A stretch of DNA of 53,496 nucleotides, the filler included, from Jimgerdemannia flammicorona (Eukaryota): the NCBI GenBank assembly GCA_003990765.1. It is 3 parts of 3 records of this genome, joined end to end, with 100 filler letters (N's around TTAATTAATTAA, not from the genome) between each part and the next. Parts side by side here need not be neighbours in the genome. Positions count along the whole stretch, not along the records: positions 17,869 to 35,633 come from RBNJ01002417.1; positions 35,734 to 53,496 come from RBNJ01002418.1; 1 more part is not named here. The stretch is one strand, 5' to 3'. The notes below the pieces were generated by a model. It saw only the letters and a list, made by a program, of their open reading frames with translations. It had not been told where the DNA came from and did not search any database. Positions 22,866 through 35,766 of this stretch are shown here, in pieces; position 1 is the first letter of the stretch; every line of letters begins with the position of its first letter. A program made the translations under genes and the position numbers.

Positions 22866-25800
22866 TTTTTTTTTTTTTTTTTTTTATAGTTACTTGGACT
22901 TCATCATTTATTACCAGTATGTTATAGTTACAGTTATAGGATTTCCTCCCACTACCCAATCCCCATAAGAGAGTCCCCCCCCACACCTTTATATTTGAAG
23001 ACTATCTTTCTACTTATAACCCCAATCCTCTCTCCACTCTGCCCACAGATTTTCTCTACCAAGCAATGCCTCTGACCATCCTACAGACCCCAGCCAAGCC
23101 ACTAGCCCATCATAACATCCTCCATTAACCCTTGTCATCTCAACAGCCTCATCCCCAAACCTAAGCTCCTCTCTTCTTTAAAAATAAACAACCAGTCACC
23201 CACTAACCCCACCCAAACTACCAATAGCTAACCTAAAGTAAGCTACTTCTTTCCCATCCCCCTCCACCAGTCTATCTCTCAAATCCTCCCACCAACCCTG
23301 CTTGCCATCTCTCCTTCACATGATAAACAATCAATCTCCAACTACTAACCTAAAGTCACCAAGTACCTTACACTCTTTTAGCCAATGTTCTGGCATCTGC
23401 ACAAATCCCCCCTCCTGTCCTACATTGTGATACTCCTCACAGTCAAAGCTTCTTCCCTCAATAAGGTGTTCTAAGCAGAAGTTGAGTATAACATTCCTCT
23501 GCAGTATACACCACCAGACCACCCAGTACTTCAGTGGCATCCACCATTATACCTCAGCACTCTAGGCCCAAACCCCATTCCAATCTCACTCCTCTCCAAT
23601 ACCTATCAACTGCCATCCTCTGAGCTATAGATCCTGCCCTGGTCCCCTCTGACACTCAATCCCATTACTAATATCGAAATCAACCAGGGGAATGGCCCTC
23701 ATGAATACTCTGTTCTATCTCCACATTGTCAGATCCCAAGATACCTCCTCTTCATTTCCCCACCAGCAGATTCCAATATAGTGTACCCCATCTGCTACTC
23801 CCTACCAAAAGCTCTTATACTACATAAGTTCATTATTCCAAAGCCCAACCAAGGACAGTAGATCTCCTATAGAACCTCTTGGTAAGGACCTCATCTCCCA
23901 GACCTTCTGCATCAGGGGAACCCAGCTACCCCCTCTCAACTCCACCACTCTCTTCAGCTACCATGCTCTCAGACAGTATAGCCTCTTTGGAAAATCAACC
24001 AGCCCAAGGCCCCCTCTAGTTACTGGTAAAGACAAGACCTCTCAGCTGATCTGACTCCTTCTCACAGCCCAGATCCACCCCTTGGCCAGTTTCATCAGTC
24101 TCTTCACCACCTAGGCTGGGAAGTCCAGGTGATAGGCCAAATACTACATCTTCAGCATCCAGTAGATATTCAAAATTGAAACATGCCCTGCCAGAGACAA
24201 GTGGGGTCCTCCCCAACTCTGCAGGGCCTCTCTCCAGATTGCAACTCACTGCTCCCACCAATGTCTTGATAGGACTGACCCATATGCTGACAGATAGATA
24301 TCCAAGTAGTGCACTGCCTCTTCTGTAGGGACTATTGTTCCAATGACATCTCCTCCCACCAGGCCATTACCCAACACTATCATTTCACACTTGTGCCAAT
24401 TGAGTTTAGCCCCAGAGTATATGTACCTCATACCACTCCACTGTCTCTCTGAGCTCCTCAACATCAGCGATCAATCCCAAGTTGACCACTATATCATCCA
24501 CAAAGCCTCCAACTTTCCACCCAATTCCATAAACCAAGAGCCTGACTATCCCCCTTCTAATCCTATCTATCAAAGGCTCTAGGGAAAAAGTATACAGAAT
24601 GGGAGACAGTGGATCCCCCTGGGGCATGTCTCTCTCTAGGGGGAATGCCACTCTTCTGTGTCTATTGCATATGAGCACAGCCCTACTCCTTTTCAGTAGG
24701 CTAACTATTACTAATCAGAACTGGTGAGGTACACCAATCTTATTCAATACCTTCACCAATCAGACCTGCTGAATTCAGTCATATGCCTTCTTCTGATCCA
24801 GGAAGACCAGTTGTCCATCTAGTCCACAGACTCATGTCCCTTCAATAACTCTATGCACCCAAGCCATGTCATCTCTAATGAGCTGACCTCCTACAAAGCC
24901 CTGCTGCTCTGCACCCAATACTTGCTGGGCCACCTTCTGCAGCCTTGCAACCACTACCTTAGTAATCAACTTTCTGTCCATGTCCAGCAGCATGATCAGC
25001 CACCAGTTCTTCCAATCCTCCCTCCTTCTTTTATTCTTATATAGCAGCACCACCAGTCCTAAATCCTGCTCCCCCACCCATCTCCCTGACTATTACACAG
25101 TGCCATCAGCTCTCTCAGTACTCTGGAGACTCCCATCATCTTCTTCCAGAAGTCCCAGGGCAGACTGTCCTTCCCTGGTACCATGCCCAGCATAGTCATG
25201 GCAAGGACCTGGTGGATCTTCTCTTCCTGCACTGGCTCTGCAAAGCCACCCAGCCCTTCTGCTTGTAGTGAGTGCCAATCCTCCAAAGTATCCTCCTCCT
25301 CACTCCATATACCACTCTATCTCTCCTTTAACAAACCAAGAAAGTCTTATATACTATGCACCAGCAGACTATTAGAATCTAATACTCCCTCCCACCTCTG
25401 CTTTACTCTCCTCACCCAAAGGGTTCTCATGAGATACTTAGAAGGCCTATCCCCTTCCTCCAGCCCCTGCCAATGTAACCATGCTGTCAAACCCTATACC
25501 CATACCTCCTCTTCTTTCTGCAACACCTATTGTAGTTCCCCAACCTCTATTTTTGCCTGCAGTAATCTTCAGTCCTCCCCCCCTCCAGTGCCACCAGACC
25601 AGCCCAATCTTCCAAGAGCCCAGCCAGTCTAGCAGAAGCCCATCTCACCCTCCTCCTCCACCATCTTCTGACCACTATGCCAGTCTTGCTCCAGTAGACC
25701 CTTGCAGTCTCTTTCATCCTCATCCATCAGATACCAACTGGGGCACCTTCCTGTATCCAGTCCTTTATCTTCCACTAAACATTCTCAGCCCACTTGTCCC

Positions 25801-26101
25801 ATATTACCATATCATTAACAAAGAGAAATTGAGATACAAATGTCCAGGCCCATCCTCACTTCCACCTAAATGACCCTGCCCCAGCAGCCCCCAATGATCT
25901 GACCATAGACACTACTCTGTCTCTAGCAACTTCCAAACATCCAAACCCCAGTAGCTTACTATCAAAATCCAGTCTATTCTCATCTCCAGGCCACCTGCCC
26001 AATACATGTACACCCTCCTATCACCCCAGAACCCCCTGCCAGTATCCACCAGAGTACTTAGTCTTTTCACTTCCTCTCATGCCTCCAGCCCTCTACTCCT
26101 A
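22866..26101 (-). mobile_element. LINE-A 5'-truncated degenerate copy (part of APE through 3' end)
   Basis: T-run at 22866. PQGDPLSP, WKNW.LIMLLDMDRK and WSDHW remnants on the minus strand. Confidence 0.9.
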
Positions 26102-28490
26102 ATGATGTGGTTTCTCATTTTATCACTATTTTCAGTTAGCCGAAGACTGCCTTACACCTCAATGACTCTGAGGTCATCTTCTCCATATGGGGACCCTTGA
26201 ACTGCAGTCTTGATTTGACCAGCCTATAGTTTGGAGGACTATCTATAGCTATCCCCTCATGAAGACCTGTGGTGCTAACTCCTTATATGTCCAGATCCTT
26301 TGGGTAATGGCAGGTGAGAAGGATGTTCCCTACAGTCTATCAAAAGCTATATCCTTCTTCCAGCTGTATGTGGTCTGGGGGCTCACTCTCTACTGCTGGA
26401 ACTCTGCCATCATCTCTCCAATTCCCAAAAAGGAGAAATCCTGGATGATTGATGGTTTTCACTCTATTCCTCTTACTGAGATGTTTTGCTGACCCTTTGA
26501 GCAGTATTTGGAAGGCTATGTCAAGAGCGACAGAAATATTATATTGATATAACTTCTAAACTCACTTCTCATCTCTCTCCCATATCTTGCTTTTATATGA
26601 GATATGGACTAAGGGGTGGGACCACTGTGTCTTTCTTGACCTCTAGCAGGCATATAATCAAGTTCCTCTCAAGCTCATTCTCTTCTAACTTGTGGCACAA
26701 GGGGCTGATGCAGCCTCCTTAGTATGATCCATAGCCTATTCAACCACTGTTCTTATTAAGTAGTTATTAATAGTCTTGTCACCCCCCTAGTTCCCACCAA
26801 ACATAGCCTTTTCCAGGGCTCTCTTCTCTCTTCTTGGCTTTTTGATATATTTATTGACCCTCTTGCTGCCTTCTTAGATGAGCAGTTTAAGGAGTACAAC
26901 TTCCCCCTCAGACTCTTCTTTGCTGATGATATTACTCTTATTTTTTGCACTGCTGCTAAGGGTCAAAGGATGGTTAACTTTTATAATAATTGGCTCACAG
27001 TAAATGGTATAGAGCTCAAACTCAAGAAGTGTGGTTATGTTGGCCCTGCTGACTATACTGTACTGATCAGAGGAGAGTCATGCTTGTAACCCCCCTCCTA
27101 TATATACCTTGGTGTATCATATACTAATAAAGGATTTGACTTTATCTATCTTATATTATAGAATATAGCTAAAACAGAATACACTCTTGGGTTCTACTGT
27201 ATCCATGGTCCCCTCTGATCACTAATGGTCAAGCTGGTCATTATATATTCATTAGACCTCAGCTAGAGTACAGCCTTCCCCTTCTACAAGCTTTCTGCCT
27301 GGCTATCTATGGGGCTTTATATATATATTAAAGCATCCTAAACAGGTCTTCAATGATGCTATCACTTGGGTAGTTGGATTCTCTAACTGGCCCCTGCTTG
27401 GCAGTTTAATTCTCAGCCTCTCCTCCTTTCTTTATCATACATCTGACCTCTGCTGCATATTTCAGATCTATTTGGATTGATGTAGCAAGTCTGGCAATAA
27501 CTCTATTGGTCTCCTTAGTGAGCACTTTGATACATGTCCCACAGGTTCTATCTTTGATATATTCTGGTGTTAGACCTCATGGCTTGACTTCCTCAACTGG
27601 TACTGGGACCTCCATCTCTAAGTCTACAAGACTCACTCACTCTGCTCCTTCCTCCAGTCCTTCTTTTGAAATCAGCTACTACAGAAATAGGCCTCCTTCT
27701 TACAGGCTCTTATTCAGTACATTATGTTCTATAGCTACTTACAATTGCAAGGGGCAGACCATACCCCCTCTGGTTTGTACATTCTGCTCTCACCTGGCAT
27801 TATGGCTACTTTGGCCAAACCCTGCCCCTGTCCTTTAGGAGATAAGTTTCATCATAGCTATCTCCATGGGTGAAGTCTTCTTGATAGTTTATATTCAGTC
27901 TTTTGAGCTGATTCTAGTCATGAGTAACTCAACTGGTTTACTATTGATGAATGGCATAAGGAGCTTTGTACTTACTCTCTTCACATTCTTTATATAGTCT
28001 ACCACACTATTGATACCATATACAATTCTGGTGGCCATCTTGTGGTCAGGTTCTGCCTGACTGAAATTACAAAGATACTTAGGTAATCAAGCAATTATAC
28101 ATTTTCTTTATTTCTTCTTCTCCCTCATTTGTCTCAGTTAGTTTCTTGCTATTGAGAGTATATTGAGTTATAAATCTCATGTTAGCTCCTTGGTGTTTTG
28201 TTGTCAATATTGTTCCTGTAGTTGGCCCCAGGCTTATGTGTATTTTATTTAGCTTCTCTCTTCTTACTACTTGCATTTTGTTATCTTTACAGTTATAACA
28301 AAATGATTTATCCAGCCCATCAATAGGGTGGTCACCTTTCTGACCTTTGTTTTGTTCTTCTTAGCTAGTTGTTTACTTCACTGGCCTCTTTTTACTTTTC
28401 TCATCTTAGAAGTCTTTGCTATTTATTACTCTGATATATCTTTTCTTCTCTATAATGAATGAATTCTTACTTAAAGCCTAACTCTAATCT
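26102..28490 (+). mobile_element. Family B non-LTR retrotransposon, degenerate RT plus 3' region
   Basis: WNSAIISPIPKK, CVFLDL*QAYNQV, LFQGSLLS.WLFDIFIDPL, FFADDI, KKCG, YIYLG, FIRPQLEY, then a C-terminal CPC...FH..(H)LHG(C) knuckle. Distinct from LINE-A. Confidence 0.82.
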
Positions 28491-28549
28491 CTTGGTTTGA
28501 CTTCCTCAACTGGTACTGGGACCTCTATCCCCAGGTCTGCAAGACTTGC

Positions 28550-28600
<51 letters not shown>

Positions 28601-28659
28601 GTCCCTTGGACTCCGTCTTTATTACCAGTCTATGAATAAGTATACAATATCCCCACCCA

Positions 28660-31600
28660 CTAACCGATCCCCATCGGGGGGCCCCACCCCACCTCTTTAC
28701 GTATAAAGACCACCCTCTCACCAACAACTCCAAATCTCCCACCACTCTGACCACAGATTTTCATCACCAAGCGGTGCCTCTGACCCCCCTGCAGCCCCCA
28801 ACCACGCCACCAGCCTGTCAAGGTATCCTCCATAAGGAACTGCCATCTTGCTAACCAGCTCCCCAAGCTCTGTCGCTCCCCCTCCTCAAATACAAATAGC
28901 CAGTGGCCGGCCAGTCCAACCCAAATAGCCAACACCCAGCCTAGCATAATCCACTCCTCCCCTACCCCTCCTATCAATCGATCCCTCAGGTCCTCCCACC
29001 TCCCCCGTACATCATCACCCCTACACCTTACCCCTAAGCGGACCCCAATAGCCTGCCAAAAGTCTCCCAATACCTCACACTCCCCTAGCCAATGTTCTGG
29101 CGTCTGTACCAACCCCCCTTCCTGTCCTACATTATGGCACTCCTCGCAGTCAAAGCAGCCCCTGACAACAAGGTGACCTGAGCGGAAGTTAAGCATCACA
29201 TTCCTCCTCAGCATGCGCCACCAGACTATCCAGTACTTCGGCGGCATCCAATTTTTCACTGCAGCACTCCAGGTCCAAACTCCATGCCAGTCCCACTCCT
29301 CACCAATTCCAACTCCTTGCCAACCACTAGGCCACAGATCCTGGCCTGGTCCCCTTTGGCATTCGATGCCATCACGAATGTTGAACTCCAGTAAAGACAT
29401 GCCTCTCAGAAGAATGCTATCCCATCTCCACATCGCCGGGCCCCAAGCCCTCTCCCCCTCATCTCCTCGCCAGCAAATACCAATACAGTGTACCCCCTCG
29501 GCTATACCCCACCAAAAGCCTTTATATCTCAGTTGCACAGTGTTCTGAAGCCCAACTAATGAAAGAAGATCACCAGTCAAGCCTCTAGGTGATGTCCTTC
29601 TCTCCCATATCCTCTGCAGCAAGGGGACCCAGCCCCCTCTATGCAATTCCACCGCCCTTCTCAGCCACCAAGCCCGCAAGCAGTGTAGTCTCTTGGGGAA
29701 GTCCACCAGCCCAAGACCCCCTCTTGCCACCGGTAGGGACAGAGTCTCCCAACCAATCTGACTCCGTCTGCCAGCCCAAATCCATCCTTTGGCCACCTTC
29801 ACCAATCTCTTCACCACTCAGGCTGGGAAGTCCAGATGATAGGCCAAATACCACAGCTTCGGCAGCCAGTAAACATTCAAAATCGAGATCCTTCCTGCCA
29901 GAGAGAAGTGTCTACCCCCCCAACCCCATAGGTCCTCCTCCCAAATTCCAATCCTCTGCTCCCACTACAGCCTGGGCAAAACAGACCCATAGACCAACAA
30001 ATAGATGCCCAAGTACCACACTGCCTCTCTGGTGGGGACAATTGTTCCAATAACTTCTCCGCCCACCAAGCCATTGCCCAGCACCATTGTTTCGCACTTG
30101 TGCCAATTCAGCTTTGTCCCAGAGTTCGCCTCATACCACTCCACTATCTTCTGGAGCTCCTCAACATCCACAGTCACTCCCAAACCAACCACCATGTCGT
30201 CCGCAAAGGCTCCAACCTTCCAGCCAACTCCATAGATAGAGAGCCCCACGATTTTCTGCCGAATCCTGTCCATGAGAGGTTCCAAGGAGAGAGCATACAA
30301 AATGGGGGATAGTGGGTCCCCCTGGGGCACTCCCCTACCTAGAGGGAAAGCCACCCCGCGATGCCCATTGCACACGAGCGCAGCCCTACTCCTTTCCAGT
30401 AGGCTGACCATCACTGACCGAAATGGGGCCAGAACTCCAATTCTATCTAATACTTTTGCCAGCCAGACTCGCCGCACCCAGTCATAAGCCTTCTCCTGAT
30501 CCAAGAAGACAAGACGCCCATCCAGTCCACAGGCTCGAGCACCTTCAATAACTCCATGTACCCAGGCCATGCCATCTCTAATGAGCCTACCCCCTATGAA
30601 GCCCCTCTGTTCAACACCCACAATTTGCTGGGCCACCTTCTGTAACCTTGCGACCACCACCTTAGTCACCAACTTCCTGTCCATATCTAGCAACATTATC
30701 GGCCGCCAGTTCTTCCAATCCTCTCGCCTTCCCTTGTTCTTAAAGAGCAGCATCACCAGCCCAAGGTCTTGCTCCCCCACCCATCTCCCTGACTGCAATA
30801 TAGAGTCACACAGTGCTGTCAGCTCTCCCAATATGCCCGGGACTCCAACCATTCACTTCCAGAAATCCCAGGGGAGGCCATCCTCCCCAGGCGCCATGCC
30901 TGAGGCTGTCGCGGCAAGAACCTGGTGGATCTCATCCTCCTTTACAGGCATCACCAGGTCACTTAGTCCCTCAGCTCGTGGTGGGTGCCAATCTTCTAAT
31001 GTTTGGTCAATGGCTGTAGCATCCGCCCCACCCTCCTCCTTGCTCCACAGTCCACTCCATCATGCCTTCAGCATTCCAAGGATGTCCTGTACACCATGCA
31101 CTAGTACATCATCCGAGTCAAGTACCCCTTCCCACCACTGCTGTATCCTTCTCGCTCGAAGTGTCCTTGTGAGAAACTTGGAAGGCCTTTCCCCTTCCTC
31201 CACCCCCTGCCAACAAAGCCGTGCCACCAGGCCTTGCACTCTTGCCTCTTCCTCTTCCCGCAGCATCTGTTGCAGTTCCCCAACCTCCATCCTCACCCTC
31301 GTCATTCTCCAATCATCTTCTCCCTCCACTGTAGCCAGTCTTGCCCACTCCTCCAGGAGCCTAGCCAATCTAGTAGAAGCCCAACGCACTTTCTGCCTTC
31401 GCTGCCTCCCAGCCACTCTGCCAACCTCACTCCAATACATCCTGGCCATCTCTTTCATCCTCATCTACCAAACCCCAATTGCGGCCCCTTCCTGCCACCA
31501 ATTCGCCACCTTCAGCTGAATGTCTTTTGCCCACTCCTCCCACTGGACCTCATCATCCAACAAGGAGGAATTCAGGTGCCAATGTCCAGGCCCATCTCTA

Positions 31601-32315
31601 CTTCCCCCAAAACACCCCTGTCCCAAGAGGCCCCAGTGATCTGACCACGGACACCATTCTACCTCTATCACCTTCCAGACATCGTGGCCCCAACAGTCGG
31701 CCATCAGAATCCAGTCAATCCTTGTCCCCAGACCTCCAGCCCAATGCGTATATACTCTCCTGTCCCCCCAGTGCTCCCTACCAGCATCCACCAGTGCTCC
31801 TAGCCTTTCAACTGCCTCCCACATCACTAACCCTCCACTCCTGCTCTCCACACCCCATCCTCCGTCAGTTCTATCCAGCCGCACATCTTGAACCATATTG
31901 AAATCTCCTCCAAGCATATTCAGCCCAGCTTCAGCAAGGATCCCACTCTCCAGGAGCCCTTTCACCCAATCCACACACTCCCCCCGCACCGCAGAGCAGT
32001 AACAGGAGCCAACTGTGATCGGCTCCCAACCTGCTCGAATCCACTCACCCCAGACCAGTCTCTCCCCCCAGCTCCTCACATCCTTTATCTCCCCTCTGCC
32101 TTTCCGAACCAGAATCCCAACCTTGCTGTTCCAAATCGCTATACCACCCCATTCCTTAGTCCATTCCATCCTATCGCGTCATCCTTGCACCTGACATCCT
32201 GCAAGAGGAAGAGATTGGCCTCCAATCCCTTCAACCAAAGAAAAATGTTCCTGCATCTAACTGCACCCCTTAGCCCATTCACATTCAAAGAAAAAATGTT
32301 GGTTGTACTGTTCAT
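28660..32315 (-). pseudogene. LINE-A ORF2 (APE endonuclease, RT, C-terminal Zn motif), disrupted by several stops/frameshifts
   Basis: IFSLNVNGL, LLQD, GGDFN, RIDWIL, WSDHW; FLDQEKAYD, GVPQGDPLSP, AFADD, YLGI, GGLGL; CEEC...TPEHWLGEC. Split over several ORF-track pieces. Confidence 0.92.
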
Positions 32316-32345
32316 AATAAAATACGGTTGGTTCTCAATCAATCC

Positions 32346-34376
32346 CTACTGCTCCATGCCCCTCTCCTCCTGTGCCATGTCCAGATTATGTTCAGCCATC
32401 ACCTCCTCCTCTTCAGCCCTCTGAGCCTCCAGTCCAGCCAACAGCTCATTCATCTCCTCATCAGCCTTCTCCTCAAACTCCTCTCGGTACTCGATGCAAG
32501 CCTCCTGCCAAAGCTGCAACCCATGACACCTGTTCCAACAGTACTCAGCCTTCTCCCCAGCAACCACCGCCAACTCCGCCTCCCTCTCCTTATCCACCTC
32601 ATACCCTTCCTCCTCCAGATACACTGCGAGAATTTCCGCCTTCAGTGCCATCGCCACTCCTTCCCCCTGCAAAATTCTCATCCAGTGCTCATCACCCATC
32701 CCACGCAAGTCCACCTCCCCCAGCTCTTCTGCTGCCAGGTTATTCATCATCCGGCACATCCACAGTAGGTTCCCCACCTCCTTCCCACCAGGGGTCGCCG
32801 GCCTCCCACCATCCAGCATCATGGTGTCCACTCCCACACTTTCGTCCTCATCCCACACCTCCAGGACATCCACCAGTTCCTCCTCCCCTGCCGCCACTGC
32901 TTGGTCCCCATCCAACACCTCCGGAACGCTGAATTTCACCTGCTGGGTTCCCAGCATCGTTACATCCTCCCCAGGCTTATTCCTGGAAGCCGGGCCCTGC
33001 CTGATTAGAGGGGAAGGGGTGGGGGAGTTCTCCCAGCCATCATCCCAAATCTCCAAGGTGCCGTCAGCATATAGGTCTCTAATCTGCACCTCCTTAGCCT
33101 GCCCTGACCCTGCCCCTTCATTCCCACTCCTCTCACCAGCCCAGACACTCGCTCTGGCCCCTTCTGTACCCATCTCCATGCTCACATCCTTCTGTGGTCC
33201 ACCCCCCAGCTTAGCCAGCAAATCCTTCTGCCTCTTCCACCCCTGAGCCCTTTCCCACTGCACCTTGTCCACTCGAATCCTCTTTCCATCCACCACCTCC
33301 AGGAGCGTCGACTCCTTTAAAGTCTTCCAGGCCTTAGCTCGCCGTTCCACAGCCCCATCCAGCTCCTCCAGCGCTTCCAATAAATCTTCCTCCTCTTCTT
33401 CACTTCCTTTCACCTGCGTTACCTTGCACAGGAAAGCCCCCCAGACCAACACCAAAGGCCAGTCCCTCATCTTCCCAGTAGCCTCTTTCCCAGCCAGCCG
33501 AATCCTCACATCCACATCTCCAGTCCTGAGCGTGGTCCCTTTCCAGACCCTGAATCCGATATCCACCACCTCTCCATACTCCGCCATAACATCCTCCACT
33601 CTCTTCCTTGTCTCCATCACCATCACCATGGGTACTCCTTTCACCAGCAGTTGGACCACCCTCGGATCCCATTTCAAACATCTCGCCATCGGAACATACA
33701 CCTCCCCAACTACTAACCCAACCTTCAGCACCTCCTCCAGTGGTTCTACCTCCTCAAATCCCACCTCCACCCCCTCCAGTCCCTTCAGAAACTTCACCGA
33801 AGCCGCTCTCACAACCTGCTTAGCGATAAGCCCCAACACCATTTTTGCCATCACTACCAAGCCCCGGAAGCACAGCATGACTGCGCACACCGAGATCGAC
33901 TTCTTGAGTAATGGGGCCACTGCCAGTCCCATTACACCATCTGCCAGGTCCCCAGGCCTCGTGCCCTTCTCACAGCTCAGCTCACCATCAGCAGTCCCAT
34001 CTAGATTTTTTTGCAGATCACCCGTCACGCCCCCATCAGCAGTCCCCGCCCCAGCCGCTACCCCCCCAGCTCTACTCCTATGGCCCTCCAGAGAGGCACC
34101 CCCAAGAGGTTGCTGCCTGGAAGCTGTCACTGGTACCTTCCCCCCTCTCAGCCAGCTCTCCAGTCCTGCTCCCTGCCGACCCCCCTTCACCTTCTCCACA
34201 AAGCTCACCCTGCCAGACCCTTGACCTCCAGCTCTGCCCCCTCTTCCACCATGGCCCCCTGCCAGCAGGCCCCTCATACTTCCCCCCAAGCTGGGGCCTC
34301 TCCCCACTTGCTGCCATTCAAATGCTCCAGGGCCACCCTGCCCAGTACGCACCTCTGGATGCTCGTTGGTCGCCAT
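32346..34376 (-). CDS. LINE-A ORF1p (676 aa), RRM-like region and acidic helical C-terminus
   Basis: Open frame upstream of ORF2. LLVKGVP...AEYGEVVDI...RTGDVDVRI resembles the L1/Tx1 ORF1 RRM. No CCHC knuckle seen. Confidence 0.85.
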   Translation of the reverse strand: MATNEHPEVRTGQGGPGAFEWQQVGRGPSLGGSMRGLLAGGHGGRGGRAGGQGSGRVSFVEKVKGGRQGAGLESWLRGGKVPVTASRQQPLGGASLEGHRSRAGGVAAGAGTADGGVTGDLQKNLDGTADGELSCEKGTRPGDLADGVMGLAVAPLLKKSISVCAVMLCFRGLVVMAKMVLGLIAKQVVRAASVKFLKGLEGVEVGFEEVEPLEEVLKVGLVVGEVYVPMARCLKWDPRVVQLLVKGVPMVMVMETRKRVEDVMAEYGEVVDIGFRVWKGTTLRTGDVDVRIRLAGKEATGKMRDWPLVLVWGAFLCKVTQVKGSEEEEEDLLEALEELDGAVERRAKAWKTLKESTLLEVVDGKRIRVDKVQWERAQGWKRQKDLLAKLGGGPQKDVSMEMGTEGARASVWAGERSGNEGAGSGQAKEVQIRDLYADGTLEIWDDGWENSPTPSPLIRQGPASRNKPGEDVTMLGTQQVKFSVPEVLDGDQAVAAGEEELVDVLEVWDEDESVGVDTMMLDGGRPATPGGKEVGNLLWMCRMMNNLAAEELGEVDLRGMGDEHWMRILQGEGVAMALKAEILAVYLEEEGYEVDKEREAELAVVAGEKAEYCWNRCHGLQLWQEACIEYREEFEEKADEEMNELLAGLEAQRAEEEEVMAEHNLDMAQEERGMEQ

Positions 34377-35633
34377 GATACTAGTAGCTTTTCTCCAGAA
34401 ACTGTGTTGGAAGTGTTGCCAAAGGGTTGTGTAACCTGAATGTTACCGGAGAAAGATGGCAAGACTTGCTTGCTCTGCTCCTTCCTCTAGTCCTTTCTTT
34501 GGAATCAGATACTGCAGGAATGGGCCTCCTCCTCTTAGGCTCTCATTTGGTACATCACACTCTATGACTATCTGTAATCATAGAGACTGATCATGTCCTT
34601 TCCTTCCCTCTCCAGCTTGTATATTTACCCTTACCTGGTATTATGGCTACTTTGGCCAGCCCTATCCCTTCTTTAGTAGAGATAAGTTTCATCATGACCA
34701 TATCCATGGGTGCAGTCTTCTTGATAGTTTATACTCAGCCTACCAAGGTAATTCTAGTCATGAACAACTTAACTAGTTTACCATTGATGAATGGCAGGAA
34801 GAACTTTATGCCTACTCTTTTCATACTCTTTCCAAGACAGCCTATCATACTATTGATACTATGTATAATTCTGGTGGCCATCTTGCAGTTAGGTTCTGCC
34901 TGACTAAAATCACAAAGATACTTAGGTGATTGAGCAATTATATATTTTCTTTATTTCTCTTTCTTTCCCTCACTTACCTTGGCTGGTTCTCTGGTTGTTA
35001 AGAGTATATTGAGTTATATATCTCATATTAGTTGCTCAATGTTTAGTTGTCAATATTGTTTCTATAGTTGGTACCAGACTTGTGTATATTTTATTTAGCT
35101 TCTCTCTTTGCTTTTTATACTTATCATCTTTATAGCTATGACAAAATAGTTTACCCAGTCTATCTATAGAGTAGTCACCTCTCTGGCCTTTGTTTTGCTT
35201 TTCTTAGCTAGTTGTTTAATTCACTGGTCTCTTTTTACTTCTCTCATCTTAGGAGCAATTACTATTTGTTGCTCTAATGTATCTTTTTTTTTTTATAATA
35301 AATAAATTCCTCACTTGAAGTCTAACCCTAATCTAAGCCACTCATATAATTTCCCATTTAGCTAAACTCAGCTTTATGGCCCAAAGCAATTCCAAATTAA
35401 GAAGCAGTCACATTGATTAGCTAAGCCTCTCATTGGATATAAATATCTCCATTCTCCATTATTTTTTCATTATATAAACAAAGGTCATGTGACCTGTATT
35501 TCATAATTTCAACAAAACAAACAAATATACCTCTGCCTATTTTGGCTATGTTGGCCTCCTCCTCTATCATTAGTGATAATGCAAATATAATATATCTCTT
35601 TGTATACTTTGGTGCCACTCTTTACTGTTTTTT

Positions 35634-35733
35634 NNNNNNNNNNNNNNNNNNNNNNNNNNNNNNNNNNNNNNNNNNNNTTAATTAATTAANNNNNNNNNNN
35701 NNNNNNNNNNNNNNNNNNNNNNNNNNNNNNNNN
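35634..35733. other. Assembly gap with TTAATTAATTAA linker
   Basis: N-run with the linker, followed by a polyA run. Confidence 0.95.

Positions 35734-35764
<31 letters not shown>

Positions 35765-35766
<2 letters not shown>

Larger units (their letters stand above)
28554..34458 (-). mobile_element. Youngest full-length LINE-A (5.9 kb)
   Basis: 15-bp TSD gcaagacttgcttac (28539-28553) / gcaagacttgcttgc (34459-34473). PolyT at 28554-28597. CpGs retained; ORF1 intact. Confidence 0.95.
28491..35336 (+). mobile_element. Family B second (5'-truncated) unit: 28491-28553 plus 34459-35336, split by LINE-A
   Basis: Collinear with ~27575-28490 and starts immediately after the end of unit 1. Confidence 0.8.

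Noticed and set aside
30569..31519. 316-aa plus-strand ORF
   Set aside because: Antisense shadow of LINE ORF2; Ser/Pro-rich because of strand composition, with no motif.
33265..34224. 319-aa plus-strand ORF
   Set aside because: Antisense shadow of ORF1.
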